From the NCBI GenBank assembly GCA_016185545.1, contig JACPNJ010000001.1, forward strand, positions 22,565-86,564: a stretch of 64,000 bases of DNA. Reading direction: 5' to 3'. Both the position numbers and the translations under genes were made by a program. The stretch comes from Candidatus Yanofskybacteria bacterium (GTDB lineage: Bacteria > Patescibacteriota > Minisyncoccia > 2-02-FULL-40-12 > IGHO2-01-FULL-4-A). The notes under the pieces were generated by a model. It saw nothing but the letters and a program-made list of their open reading frames with translations, was not told where the DNA came from and searched no databases. This document shows positions 8,221 to 18,520 of this stretch, piece by piece (the first letter of the stretch is position 1; each line of letters begins with the position of its first letter).

Positions 8221-10923
8221 ATGAGCGAACAAAATAAAGGCCTTTCGTGGCCTCGTTTATTTGGCGAAGGCGATCCGTACGATTCTATTAAATGGGAAAA
8301 ACGAACAGCGGAAATTACCAATGAAAAAGGCAAAGTCTTTTTTAAGCAAAATGGCGTTGAAGTACCGGAATTTTGGAGCCAGAACGCAACCAATATCGTG
8401 GCATCTAAATATTTTCGCGGCAAATTAGAAACGTCTGAAAGAGAAAATAGCATCCGACAAATGGTTGATCGCGTTGTAAATTCAATCACCGCCTGGGGCC
8501 TAAAGGATGGCTATTTTGCAATCGAACAAGATGCTGAAAATTTCAGGCAGGACCTTAAATTATTGATGATAAATCAATGTGCGGCTTTTAACAGTCCGGT
8601 TTGGTTCAATGTCGGAGTTTTTGACAAACCTCAATGTAGTGCTTGCTTCATTCTTAATGTAGAAGATGATTTGGGGTCTATTCTTGGGTGGTATAGCAAT
8701 GAGGGCTGGATTTTTAAGGGTGGTTCTGGCAGTGGGGCGAATCTATCGCATCTAAGATCATCTTATGAGTTTCTTTCCGGGGGGGGGCAGTCATCCGGTC
8801 CGGTATCATTTATGAAAGGCGCCGATGGCGTGGCTAATATTATTCGTTCCGGCGGGAGAACGCGCCGGGCAGCGAAAATGGTGGTATTGAATGTTGATCA
8901 CCCTGACATTATTGATTTTATTGATTGCAAAATGGTGGCAGAAAATATGGTTAGAGCTTTGGAAGCGGCCGGATTCGAAAATTCTTTGGAAGGCGGCAAT
9001 CTAGACCCATATACCATGATTTTTTATCAAAACGCCAACAATTCCGTGCGCGTAACCGATGAATTTATGCGGCGAGTTGAGGCTGATAAGGAATGGGAAT
9101 TAAAAGCAGTAACAACCGGTACAACTATTAAGACAGTTAGGGCTAATGAACTTATGGATAGAATTGCTAATGCTGCTTGGCATTCTGCCGATCCCGGAAT
9201 GCAGTTTGATACTACCATCAACCACTGGCACACTCTTCCAAATTCCGGCAGGATTAATGCCTCTAACCCGTGCAGTGAATATATGTCTATTGATGACAGC
9301 GCTTGCAATCTGGCTTCGCTGAATCTGATGAAATTTTTGAATGACAATGGCACTTTTGATGTTACCAAATTTAAAAACGCTGTTGATACCATAATTCTTG
9401 CCCAAGAAATAATCGTAGATAATTCTTCCTATCCAACGCCTAAAATTACCATGAACGCGCGAGCTTATCGCCAACTTGGTTTGGGCTATACAAATCTTGG
9501 AAGCTTGTTGATGAACCTGGGATTAGCTTACGATTCCGACGATGGCCGTACTGTAGCCGCCGCCATTACATCTATTATGCACGGCGAGGCTAATTGTATG
9601 TCTGCCAGAATGGCTGAGGTGATGGGACCATTTTCAGGTTATACAATGAATCGTGAAGAAATGTTAAGAGTCATGTCTAATCATGGTTCAAAAGCAGGAA
9701 ATCTGGCTGACAGTTCTGAATTATTAACTAGATTTTTTGGAGACAATTACAGAGAACTATGGGGTATTTGGGAAGATGTGCTATCTCTCGGACAGCAATT
9801 TGGCTACCGCAACTCACAAGTGACGGTTTTGGCTCCTACTGGCACCATCTCTTTTCTGATGGATTGCGACACAACTGGTATTGAGCCGGAACTGGCATTG
9901 GTAAAGCAAAAGAAATTGGTTGGCGGCGGGACGATGAAATTGGTAAACCATCAAGTCGCGGGGGCATTAAAGAATCTAAAATATCCAGAGCAAGACATAA
10001 AGAAGATTATTGACTACGTTGATAAAAGGGGAACGATTGAGGGGGCTCCGCATTTAAAGCCAGAACACTTGCCCATCTTTGACTGCTCATTCAAGGCGCA
10101 GAACGGCGTTAGAAGCATCAGCTATTTGGGTCATATCAAAATGATGGGCGCTGTCCAACCGTTTATATCCGGCGCGATTTCTAAGACCGTAAATTTACCC
10201 AGTGATGCTACGGTTGAGGATATTCGTGACGCTTTTATACAATCATGGAAGCACGGCTTGAAAGCGATAGCGGTTTACCGCGATGGCTGTAAAAGCGTAC
10301 AGCCGCTCAATGTTTCAAACGAAGAAAAATCAAAAAAGACAACGAATTCACAAGTTGTTGACGGCAATCTTATCCAGACAGTCGGCAATTACACCAGAAG
10401 AAAATTGCCAGTTACAAGAAACGCGATAACCCATAAGTTTTCTCTCGGCGGCCATGAAGGATATTTGACCGTCGGTCTTTATACTGATGGAACTCCCGGC
10501 GAAACATTTATTGTCATGGCAAAGGAAGGGAGCACGGTATCCGGATTGGTTGACACAATCGCTACCCTTATTTCAGTAGCCCTGCAATCGGGTGTGCCAC
10601 TAAAGGTTCTGGTTAATAAGTTTAAAGATATGAGATTTGAGCCAGCAGGTATAACTGAAAATCAGGATATCCGTTTTGCGAGTTCAATTGTTGATTATAT
10701 ATTTAAATGGCTTGGGAAGAGGTTTCTTTCAAAGGAAGACCAGGAAGAAATTTTTGGTCTGCCGCATGATCCAACACCCACTGACAGCACTGAAAAAATA
10801 GTTCTCGGTGGTAATGTCAATACGGACGCGCCGACATGTGGTCTGTGTGGTACTATTATGAATAGAGCTGGTTCGTGTTATACGTGTCCGAACTGTGCCA
10901 ATACAACCGGTTCGTGCGACTGA
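8221..10923 (+). CDS. nrdJ: class II (adenosylcobalamin-dependent) ribonucleoside-diphosphate/triphosphate reductase
   Basis: Long RNR fold with class II motifs, active-site 'NPCSEY' and a C-terminal Zn-ribbon 'CGLCGTIMNRAGSCYTCPNC'. GGAGG RBS 8 nt upstream of the ATG at 8221. Confidence 0.85.
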   Translation: MSEQNKGLSWPRLFGEGDPYDSIKWEKRTAEITNEKGKVFFKQNGVEVPEFWSQNATNIVASKYFRGKLETSERENSIRQMVDRVVNSITAWGLKDGYFAIEQDAENFRQDLKLLMINQCAAFNSPVWFNVGVFDKPQCSACFILNVEDDLGSILGWYSNEGWIFKGGSGSGANLSHLRSSYEFLSGGGQSSGPVSFMKGADGVANIIRSGGRTRRAAKMVVLNVDHPDIIDFIDCKMVAENMVRALEAAGFENSLEGGNLDPYTMIFYQNANNSVRVTDEFMRRVEADKEWELKAVTTGTTIKTVRANELMDRIANAAWHSADPGMQFDTTINHWHTLPNSGRINASNPCSEYMSIDDSACNLASLNLMKFLNDNGTFDVTKFKNAVDTIILAQEIIVDNSSYPTPKITMNARAYRQLGLGYTNLGSLLMNLGLAYDSDDGRTVAAAITSIMHGEANCMSARMAEVMGPFSGYTMNREEMLRVMSNHGSKAGNLADSSELLTRFFGDNYRELWGIWEDVLSLGQQFGYRNSQVTVLAPTGTISFLMDCDTTGIEPELALVKQKKLVGGGTMKLVNHQVAGALKNLKYPEQDIKKIIDYVDKRGTIEGAPHLKPEHLPIFDCSFKAQNGVRSISYLGHIKMMGAVQPFISGAISKTVNLPSDATVEDIRDAFIQSWKHGLKAIAVYRDGCKSVQPLNVSNEEKSKKTTNSQVVDGNLIQTVGNYTRRKLPVTRNAITHKFSLGGHEGYLTVGLYTDGTPGETFIVMAKEGSTVSGLVDTIATLISVALQSGVPLKVLVNKFKDMRFEPAGITENQDIRFASSIVDYIFKWLGKRFLSKEDQEEIFGLPHDPTPTDSTEKIVLGGNVNTDAPTCGLCGTIMNRAGSCYTCPNCANTTGSCD

Positions 10924-10932
10924 TATTTTAAT

Positions 10933-10958
10933 GCCCGCTTATCAGCGGGTTTTGTTTT
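10933..10958 (+). terminator. rho-independent terminator after nrdJ
   Basis: GCCCGC-TTATCA-GCGGG hairpin followed by TTTTGTTTT. Confidence 0.5.
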
Positions 10959-11142
10959 ACAATTTTTTTTACTATTGATGCATGTTTAAACCTCCAATCC
11001 AGCCAAGCGGTGGCAGAGTATTAAGTGGCGGAGTATTAATTTGATAAATTTTACTATAGTGATATCCTAAATTTAGATTTTTTGACAATCAAATTCAAAT
11101 ATTTGCCAACCGTGTATTCTTGTGTAAGAATTGAGGGAAATT

Positions 11143-12975
11143 ATGCCATTGGAAAAACTACTGCTACTGCCTGAGACGAAAATTGAACACAAAAATAAGC
11201 CATCGTTTTTTGAGCGAATCGGCAGGCCGGAACTAAAAGAAAAATTAACACCCGAAACCCCGTGGGCGTATTTCACGATGGAAATGTACGGGCACGGCAT
11301 CAGGGGGGGCGGCGGTTTGGGAATTCTGGCGGATGATACGTTGGAAACTATGAGTAAGCTCGGGATACCTTCAATTTTTGTAACGCCGCTTTATACCCAG
11401 GAAAGACATCAAGTGTTTAAGGGACTCAAACAGCAGATAAAATTTGTATCTGTTCGTTCTGAAGAACTGGAAAAGCGCGGATTCAAACGAACAGGTTCAT
11501 CGGTATCTGTAAAAGAAATTATAGATGGAAAACCGGACTCCACTGAGTTAAAAGAATATCTACAGCAAGTCGGCAACGTTCCATTATTGACTATAACCGA
11601 GCGAAATTTTGGCGCGGTTCATCAGGACGAAAATAACAGCGAACACCGTCTTTATCAGGAAATTGCGCTGGGTTTCGGTGGTTGGCAAGCGCTAAGAAAA
11701 AAGGGGATAAGGCCGCCAGTGGTGCAGCTGAACGAGGCGACCACGGTTTTTGCAGCGCTTGCGGCTCTTGATGAAAAAACACAGGAAACCGGCGATTTTG
11801 AACAGGCGTTGCGCGCGGTAAAAGATATTGTCATCTATACTAACCACACCTTGGTGCAAGCCGCTGAAGCGGATTTCTCCATTGAAAAATTTGAAAAGTT
11901 TGTAATACCCAATATCCAAAATGAAACAGTAAAGATTTGGCTTAGGGGGCTGTTTAGGGACGGCAGGCTTAAATTGAGCACTATAGCTATAGAACTTGCG
12001 GGCAAGAAAAACGGGGTCAGTTTAATTCACGCGCGCGAGGCCAGCAAGACTTATAAGGATATTCACGGCAACAATGTGGAATTTGAAGGTATAACCAATG
12101 GCATTGTCCTTGATAGGTGGGGAAGCCAGGAGCTCCTCGCGTATTATCGCGAACGGGGCATTCTTGATGAATTTGACTTGCCAGCGCCGGATTTTGAGAA
12201 AAAAATCCAATCTTTGGATCAGGAAAAACTTGAAGAAATAAAAAAACGCGACCGCGCGTCCACCCGCGATGTTTTGAAAAAACACAGAAACCAATATGGC
12301 AAACCGGTAAATATACCATTGGAAGCAAAAATATACGATTGGAAACGGAGAATTGCCGAATATAAACGGCCGGGCATGATTTTTGAACGTCCTGATGAAC
12401 TGGCTGGCATCCTTGAGGAGCACGACGCTTATTTAGTAATGGCCGGCGAAGCGCATTCGGCCGATAAGCCGATGCAGATCGAGCTTGCTAGAATACTCCA
12501 AGTTATTAATGATAACCCGATTCTCAAAAAACGCGTACATTTTGTTAAAAATTATAACGAGGTATTGGCAAAATCTTTGGCGCAGGGAGCAGATGCTTCA
12601 CTTAATACGCCACGCGTCAGGAATGAAAGGGGAGAACGTATCAGTACAGAGGCCTGTGGCACCTCATGGGAAAAAGATATACTTGGCAATACTATTTTAA
12701 TTTCTACGCCTGATGGGGGAGCGGCTGACCTGGAAGTGCGTGCCGGGCAGGGCGCGGCAAAAGAAACGCCGCCATTTTTGGAAATAAATGGGCAGAATTT
12801 TAATGAAGAAGTTACTTCACTTTATGAACAAATGCGCCAGGCCGCCGAATTACTGGATGATAAAGACAAAAAAACCAAACATCTCAAATTGCAATTAGCG
12901 GCTTATTTGCCCATAATTTCCAGTACGCGCATGGAGGCAGATTATCTTAATCTGGGTTTCTCGCCGCAAAATTAA
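11143..12975 (+). CDS. alpha-glucan (glycogen/maltodextrin) phosphorylase, GT35 family
   Basis: 'YFTMEMYGHGIRGGGGLGILADD' matches the GT35 N-terminal glycine-rich motif. 'TNHTLVQAAEA' matches TNHTvlpEAlE. GAGGGA RBS before the ATG at 11143. Confidence 0.7.
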   Translation: MPLEKLLLLPETKIEHKNKPSFFERIGRPELKEKLTPETPWAYFTMEMYGHGIRGGGGLGILADDTLETMSKLGIPSIFVTPLYTQERHQVFKGLKQQIKFVSVRSEELEKRGFKRTGSSVSVKEIIDGKPDSTELKEYLQQVGNVPLLTITERNFGAVHQDENNSEHRLYQEIALGFGGWQALRKKGIRPPVVQLNEATTVFAALAALDEKTQETGDFEQALRAVKDIVIYTNHTLVQAAEADFSIEKFEKFVIPNIQNETVKIWLRGLFRDGRLKLSTIAIELAGKKNGVSLIHAREASKTYKDIHGNNVEFEGITNGIVLDRWGSQELLAYYRERGILDEFDLPAPDFEKKIQSLDQEKLEEIKKRDRASTRDVLKKHRNQYGKPVNIPLEAKIYDWKRRIAEYKRPGMIFERPDELAGILEEHDAYLVMAGEAHSADKPMQIELARILQVINDNPILKKRVHFVKNYNEVLAKSLAQGADASLNTPRVRNERGERISTEACGTSWEKDILGNTILISTPDGGAADLEVRAGQGAAKETPPFLEINGQNFNEEVTSLYEQMRQAAELLDDKDKKTKHLKLQLAAYLPIISSTRMEADYLNLGFSPQN

Positions 12976-13012
12976 AACGCAAACTCTTTCCTGTTAATAT
13001 TCAATCTGACCA

Positions 13013-13033
13013 ATATACCCCCCGGGGGTATAT
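13013..13033. promoter_or_regulatory. GC-tract palindrome ATATACCCCCCGGGGGTATAT upstream of copA (CsoR-type operator-like)
   Basis: Perfect dyad with a C6/G5 core flanked by TATA arms, resembling TACC-N-GGGGGTA CsoR boxes. It lies about 150 bp upstream of the copA start. Confidence 0.3.
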
Positions 13034-13184
13034 TTAATTTAATGACTAATCCAGGTTCTAAAAAGCGGCTTTATTTAATTTTGGGCGTACCATTGGAAGA
13101 ACTTTTGTTCGCATTCAGCTTTGGATTTCTCTAGTCAAGTATTTACGAATATTTTACTTAGCGTAAAATTAAAATAAGTTAAAT

Positions 13185-15377
13185 ATGGAACACAATCAAC
13201 ATAATCAAAAAGATCACAAAGAAAAAGGCGTTATCTATACCTGTCCGATGCATCCGGAAGTGCGGAGAGCCGAGTCTGGCAAATGCCCGGGGTGCGGCAT
13301 GGACCTTATTCCCAAAGAAGTTGACGGGGGCATAACGGAATATGATGTTTCGGAGTTGAGCCATAAGGAGCACGAAGCGGCAATGGCAAACTCGCAAATG
13401 GCCAAGAAAATGGAGCAAGATATGCGCCGTCGGTTTTGGATTTCGTTTTTGCTTTCAATACCGATTTTTCTTTATTCGCCGGTCGGCATTAATTTTTTTA
13501 AGCTTAATCTTCCGACTCCCATTTCCATCAATTGGCTGCTTTTGATCCTTACCACCCCGATTGTTTTCTGGACCGGCTCAATTTTTATTACGGGGACTTA
13601 TTATTCGCTCAAGGCGCGCAAGCTTAATATGTCGGTTCTTATTGCCACCGGTGTTTTGACGGCGTATCTTTTCAGTTTTTTGCTGACTATAGCGCAGCCC
13701 GGGTCGGAAACTTTCTATGAAGCGGCGGCTTTGCTGGTTACCTTCGTACTTTTCGGCCATTGGATGGAAATGAAATCTCGGCGCGGTACTTCCGACGCTT
13801 TGCGCGCGCTTTTTGACCTTGTTCCCCCACGGGCAAGAATTATCCGCAACGGAAAAGAAATTACAATTCCAAGCGCCGAAATCGTACACGGCGATATCGT
13901 GGTTTTGCGTCCAGGCGACAAAGTTCCGGTTGACGGTGACGTAACGGAAGGGCAGAGCGCAATTGACGAATCGCTGGTTACGGGCGAATCAATTCCTGTT
14001 GCTAAAAAAATAAGTGATAAAGTTATAGGCGGTTCGGTAAATCAAACGGGTACGATTAAATTTAAGGCAACGCAAGTTGGCTCGGAAACTGTGCTGGCTA
14101 ACATAATCAAGCTTGTTGAAACAGCGCAAAATTCTAAAGCGCCGGGTCAGCGCATTGCCGACAAAGCGGCCGGTTGGCTGGTGATAGTCGCAATTAGTTC
14201 GGGATTGGCGGCGTTTTTTGGGTGGTATTTCGGCGCCGGGAACGGGCTTATCGTGTCGCTTACTTTTGCTGTTTCAACAGTGGTAATTGCCTGTCCGGAC
14301 GCGCTTGGGCTTGCAACTCCCACCGCTGTTGCGGTCGGTACTGGCATTGGAGCCAAATACAACATTCTTATAAAAGATGCGGCAACGCTTGAAAACACTT
14401 CGCGTATAAATGCTGTTATTTTGGATAAAACCGGAACGCTAACCGAGGGAAAACCGAAAGTTACCGACGTTGTGGCATTCAACAACTTCAGCGAGCAGGA
14501 ATTGCTCAAATATGAAGCCAGTCTTGAGGCCGGTTCCAATCACCCGCTTGCTAAAGCTATTTTTGAAGAAACTAAAAGGCGCAATGCCTTACCGCTCAAG
14601 CCAGTGGAAAATTTTGAATCCGTCGCCGGTCGCGGGCTTAAGGCAAAAATTGGCGGCAAGATTGTTTTAGCCGGTAATGAAAAATTGCTCCGAGACGACG
14701 GCATTGCCACTGAGCCGGCAAAAGATATTCTTGACCGGCTTGCCGGCGAGGGGAAGACGTTGAGCTTATTGGCAATTGACGGAGTCTTTGCCGGGGTTAT
14801 TGCCGCTGCCGACCCGTCCAGAAATAATTCCAAAAAAACCGTTGCCGCTCTCAGGAAAATGAATATGGAAGTGGCGATGATTACCGGCGATCATACGAAA
14901 GTGGCGAAAGGCATCGGAAGAGAGTTGGGCATTGACCGCGTGTTTGCCGAGGTACTTCCCGAAGATAAAGCGAAATATGTTAAAAAATTGCAAAATGAAG
15001 GTAAATTCGTGGCAATGGTGGGGGACGGCATTAATGACGCGCCGGCACTGGCGCAAGCAGACATCGGCATCGCTATTGGCGCCGGTACCGATGTTGCTAT
15101 TGAAACCGGCAATATCGTGCTTATGAAATCTGACCCATACGATATTGTCGCGGCCATCAGGCTAAGCAAGGCCACGGTTACCAAAATGAAACAAAATCTT
15201 TTCTGGGCGGCAATATACAACCTGCTGGCTATTCCGGTTGCCGCCGGCGTTTTTTATAATTCTCTCGGTTGGTCTCTGCGGCCGGAAATTTCCGCGCTTC
15301 TGATGTCGGCCTCATCAATTATCGTTGCTACTAATGCCGTTTTATTAAAAAGAGTAGAGCCGAAATTAAAAGTGTAG
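13185..15377 (+). CDS. copA: copper-translocating P1B-type ATPase
   Basis: N-terminal 'CPMHPEV...CPGCGM' heavy-metal-binding domain, TM metal site 'CPD', 'DKTGTLTEG' phosphorylation site and 'GDGINDAPAL' hinge. Confidence 0.85.
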   Translation: MEHNQHNQKDHKEKGVIYTCPMHPEVRRAESGKCPGCGMDLIPKEVDGGITEYDVSELSHKEHEAAMANSQMAKKMEQDMRRRFWISFLLSIPIFLYSPVGINFFKLNLPTPISINWLLLILTTPIVFWTGSIFITGTYYSLKARKLNMSVLIATGVLTAYLFSFLLTIAQPGSETFYEAAALLVTFVLFGHWMEMKSRRGTSDALRALFDLVPPRARIIRNGKEITIPSAEIVHGDIVVLRPGDKVPVDGDVTEGQSAIDESLVTGESIPVAKKISDKVIGGSVNQTGTIKFKATQVGSETVLANIIKLVETAQNSKAPGQRIADKAAGWLVIVAISSGLAAFFGWYFGAGNGLIVSLTFAVSTVVIACPDALGLATPTAVAVGTGIGAKYNILIKDAATLENTSRINAVILDKTGTLTEGKPKVTDVVAFNNFSEQELLKYEASLEAGSNHPLAKAIFEETKRRNALPLKPVENFESVAGRGLKAKIGGKIVLAGNEKLLRDDGIATEPAKDILDRLAGEGKTLSLLAIDGVFAGVIAAADPSRNNSKKTVAALRKMNMEVAMITGDHTKVAKGIGRELGIDRVFAEVLPEDKAKYVKKLQNEGKFVAMVGDGINDAPALAQADIGIAIGAGTDVAIETGNIVLMKSDPYDIVAAIRLSKATVTKMKQNLFWAAIYNLLAIPVAAGVFYNSLGWSLRPEISALLMSASSIIVATNAVLLKRVEPKLKV

Positions 15378-15410
15378 AATATATAAGTGACCGTGGTATA
15401 ATAAAATCAA

Positions 15411-15890
15411 ATGGGCATTTTCTCATTTCTAACTTACAAACCGGTGTTAATTGGAATACACTTGGGCTTTGCTATTGTCGGTATAGACGCGTTTTTGTGG
15501 TATCTGGGGGAGTTAGCCGGCAAGTCGCAAAATCACACTAGGATTAAATGGGTTTCCATAATCGGCGTAATCGGTTTTGCTTTAAGCTGGCTGTTTGGCG
15601 GATATTATTATGTCGTTAATTACGGCAAGCTTGTGAAACCGGTAATTCTTAAAGGCACCGCGCCGTGGGCACATGCTATTGCGATGGAGGCTAAGGAGCA
15701 TGTGTTTTTATTTATTATACCGCTGGCGTTGACCGCGGTTTTTTTGGCATTTTTGAACCAAGAGGAGTTTAAGAAAAATAATTTGCACCGAGTCGTAATG
15801 GCTTTGACCGGACTGATTGCGGGTTTGGGATTGGCAATAGGTGCAATGGGCTACATAATCTCATCTGCGGCAAGGTGGGGAATAATATGA
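15411..15890 (+). CDS. small integral membrane protein (hypothetical)
   Basis: Four predicted TM helices; directly downstream of copA. Confidence 0.4.
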   Translation: MGIFSFLTYKPVLIGIHLGFAIVGIDAFLWYLGELAGKSQNHTRIKWVSIIGVIGFALSWLFGGYYYVVNYGKLVKPVILKGTAPWAHAIAMEAKEHVFLFIIPLALTAVFLAFLNQEEFKKNNLHRVVMALTGLIAGLGLAIGAMGYIISSAARWGII

Positions 15891-16207
15891 AAAATATAAA
15901 ACTCGTTTATTCATCTTCAATAGCCGCGACACTCACCATAATTACAATTACCATAGTTACAATTTTGGGCGAGCTTTTGCCTGCATTTAAAGATTTTCTC
16001 AAAAGTTTTACCGGTCATCACTGGCTGACCAAAAGCGTGCTGTCGCTTTTGGTTTATTTCGGGGGGGTAACCCTGTTTTATTTGATACCAAAAAACATCG
16101 GTTCTAATACATTGCGCCGAGCGTTGATATTTTTGATTTTGACCGTAATGGCTGGCTTTTTAGTAATACTTCTCTTTTTTATTTGGCACTTTATTTATAT
16201 GGTATAA
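15887..16207 (+). CDS. small integral membrane protein (hypothetical)
   Basis: ATGA start/stop overlap with the preceding ORF; three hydrophobic helices. Confidence 0.35.
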   Translation: MKNIKLVYSSSIAATLTIITITIVTILGELLPAFKDFLKSFTGHHWLTKSVLSLLVYFGGVTLFYLIPKNIGSNTLRRALIFLILTVMAGFLVILLFFIWHFIYMV

Positions 16208-16273
16208 AAACATACCAGTTTCATATGTTCGCAGTTTTGCTTTTGGCGTTGAAGATAGTTTAGGACGGATTTT

Positions 16274-17050
16274 ATGGATATAATTCAATTATTTATTTTG
16301 AGTGTTCTAGAGGGTTTCACGGAGTTTTTGCCGATCTCATCAACGGCCCATCTTATTTTAGCGTCCCAATTATTTCAATTGGGCGAGTCAGATTTTTTAA
16401 AAAGTTTTATGATTGCCATTCAGTTCGGCGCGATATTGGCAGTCGTTTTTCTTTATGCGCGACGACTGTTAAAAGATTGGGAGATGGGCAAAAAAATACT
16501 GGTGGCCTTTTTGCCGACGGCAGTGATAGGTTTTTTGCTGTATAAAATAATCAGAGGAGTTTTATTTGAAAGTCCGCTTGTAATTATCATCGCTTTGTTC
16601 GTGGGCGGTATTATTCTGATAATTTTTGAACTATTGTTTAAAGAAAAAGAAACCCACATTGCTGATATGAAAGATATTACTTATGCCCAGGCGTTTGCAG
16701 TCGGTTGCGCTCAATCATTGGCGATTATACCCGGCGTATCGCGTGCGGCGGCAACTATCATGGGTGGGATGTTTGTCGGAATAAAACGGGTAGCGATAGT
16801 TGAGTTTTCTTTTGTTTTAGCCGTTCCTACAATGGCCGCGGCGGCTGGCTACGACTTTTTTAAAAACGCTGGCGGATTTACAGCCAGCCAATTCCATTTA
16901 TTGGCGGCGGGATTTATTATTTCTTTTTTTGCCGCTTTACTAGGTGTAAAATTCCTGCTTAATTTGATACAGCGTTACTCATTTGTTGGATTCGGAGTTT
17001 ACCGGATAGTTGTAGCTGTTATATTTTTCATCTTTCTTATCTATAAATAA
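16274..17050 (+). CDS. uppP: undecaprenyl-diphosphatase
   Basis: 'LEGFTEFLPISSTAHLIL' BacA/UppP signature; 8-TM protein. Confidence 0.85.
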   Translation: MDIIQLFILSVLEGFTEFLPISSTAHLILASQLFQLGESDFLKSFMIAIQFGAILAVVFLYARRLLKDWEMGKKILVAFLPTAVIGFLLYKIIRGVLFESPLVIIIALFVGGIILIIFELLFKEKETHIADMKDITYAQAFAVGCAQSLAIIPGVSRAAATIMGGMFVGIKRVAIVEFSFVLAVPTMAAAAGYDFFKNAGGFTASQFHLLAAGFIISFFAALLGVKFLLNLIQRYSFVGFGVYRIVVAVIFFIFLIYK

Positions 17051-17167
17051 CACATCCTTTATTTTGATTCCCAGGTCCAGTTAAGGTCGGTACTGGTACA
17101 AAAATTGTAATTCGCGATATAATATTGGATATTACATGGGTTTTAATTATTCGGTGCATTTAGTTTT

Positions 17168-17644
17168 ATGACCAAATTTCAAAAAATTTCTTTATTTATT
17201 TTACGTGTTTCTGCGGGCTGGATGTTTTTTTGGGCAGGAATCACTAAGGTTCTTGATCCGACATGGTCTGCGGCCGGATATTTGCAGGGAGCCAAAACGT
17301 TTAGCGATTTCTACCGTTGGCTTACAATGCCCGGCTTGTTGCCGTTTACTAATTTTATAAATGAATGGGGGCTTACACTGTTGGGATTAGCTCTTATTCT
17401 TGGAGTATTTGTCAGGTTGAGCTCGGTTTTAGGGGCGGTGCTTATGCTCTTATACTATTTTCCGATTCTGCAGTTTCCGTACCCTAATACCCATTCATTC
17501 ATAGTAGACGAACACGTTATTTATATTTCAGTTTTGTTATTTTTCGCCGCGACTCATGCCGGTCGGGTTTGGGGGCTAGAGCGATGGTGTTCAAATTTGC
17601 CTATCTGCTCCAAATTTCCGCGGCTGCGCACCTGGTTTGGCTAA
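17168..17644 (+). CDS. DoxX-family membrane protein
   Basis: 'LRVSAGWMFFWAGITKVLDP' DoxX-like N-terminus; 4 TM helices. Confidence 0.6.
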   Translation: MTKFQKISLFILRVSAGWMFFWAGITKVLDPTWSAAGYLQGAKTFSDFYRWLTMPGLLPFTNFINEWGLTLLGLALILGVFVRLSSVLGAVLMLLYYFPILQFPYPNTHSFIVDEHVIYISVLLFFAATHAGRVWGLERWCSNLPICSKFPRLRTWFG

Positions 17645-17688
17645 TTGTTATATATAAAATTAAAAAGCGCATTCGCGCTTTTTAGTAA

Positions 17689-18417
17689 CTATTTCCCGAA
17701 CTTTCTTTCGCGTTGGCCGTATTCTTCAATTATTTTTTTAAACTCTTGTTCAGAAAAATCCGGCCAAAGGGTGGGGGAAATATGCACTTCCGAATTGGTG
17801 GTATGCAACATCATGAAACCCGAGCTGTTATGGAGCCATCGCTCCATTGTTTCACCGGTTCTGATTTCTAGATCAACCCGGGGCAAATCTTTTGTCCAAA
17901 AAGCTGCTTTTCTTACTCTTTCAAAATCCGAGCTAGCCAGCGGATGCCAATAATGCCAGTCTTCTATATTTGATCGTATCGTTTCGACTACTTCATGCTC
18001 ACCGCCATATCCCAGCGCAACAGTAAGATTGTGTTTATTAAACGACCGGGTCTGCCATTGGAGTTCATCAATCAGCGATGCCAGATGTTTTGTGGCGGCA
18101 AGTTCTCTCCAATTACCCAAAACCCTGAATCGTATTTGGTTTTCAAATAACTCTTTTACCCAATTGCTTTCAAGCGCCTCTTTTAATAAGGATACCAATG
18201 AACTTATCTCGGCGATACTTCTTTTGGCATGGTTGTCTTCCGACATGGCCCAGAATGTAAAGTAAGAAATCCCGAGGTTGAATGCTATTTTGCTGATTTT
18301 GTGAAAGGTAGCCCTTCCTTCGCGATGGCCGTCTTCATCGGGCAGGCCCCGTAATCTTGCCCATCGACGATTTCCATCCGGTATAATGGCAACATGTTGC
18401 GGTAAATTTTGCTGCAT
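17689..18417 (-). CDS. uppS: isoprenyl transferase (undecaprenyl-diphosphate synthase)
   Basis: 'HVAIIPDGNRRWA' and 'ENxxR'-type cis-IPPS motifs. AGGGAG RBS upstream. Confidence 0.85.
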   Translation of the reverse strand: MQQNLPQHVAIIPDGNRRWARLRGLPDEDGHREGRATFHKISKIAFNLGISYFTFWAMSEDNHAKRSIAEISSLVSLLKEALESNWVKELFENQIRFRVLGNWRELAATKHLASLIDELQWQTRSFNKHNLTVALGYGGEHEVVETIRSNIEDWHYWHPLASSDFERVRKAAFWTKDLPRVDLEIRTGETMERWLHNSSGFMMLHTTNSEVHISPTLWPDFSEQEFKKIIEEYGQRERKFGK

Positions 18418-18520
18418 AATACTCCCTAGTTTTCAAAGAACGCAAGACTCAAACTTTTATAACAAACAACCGAATGTGAGTCAATTTTAGTCAGCAGGGT
18501 TAAACATTTATAATTTTTAT

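Noticed and set aside
9027-9474. Two minus-strand ORFs inside nrdJ
   Set aside because: Embedded in a conserved RNR coding region; shadow ORFs.
14147-15220. Several minus/plus ORFs inside copA
   Set aside because: Overlap the conserved P-type ATPase frame; the translations are Ala/Ser-rich shadow-frame artefacts.
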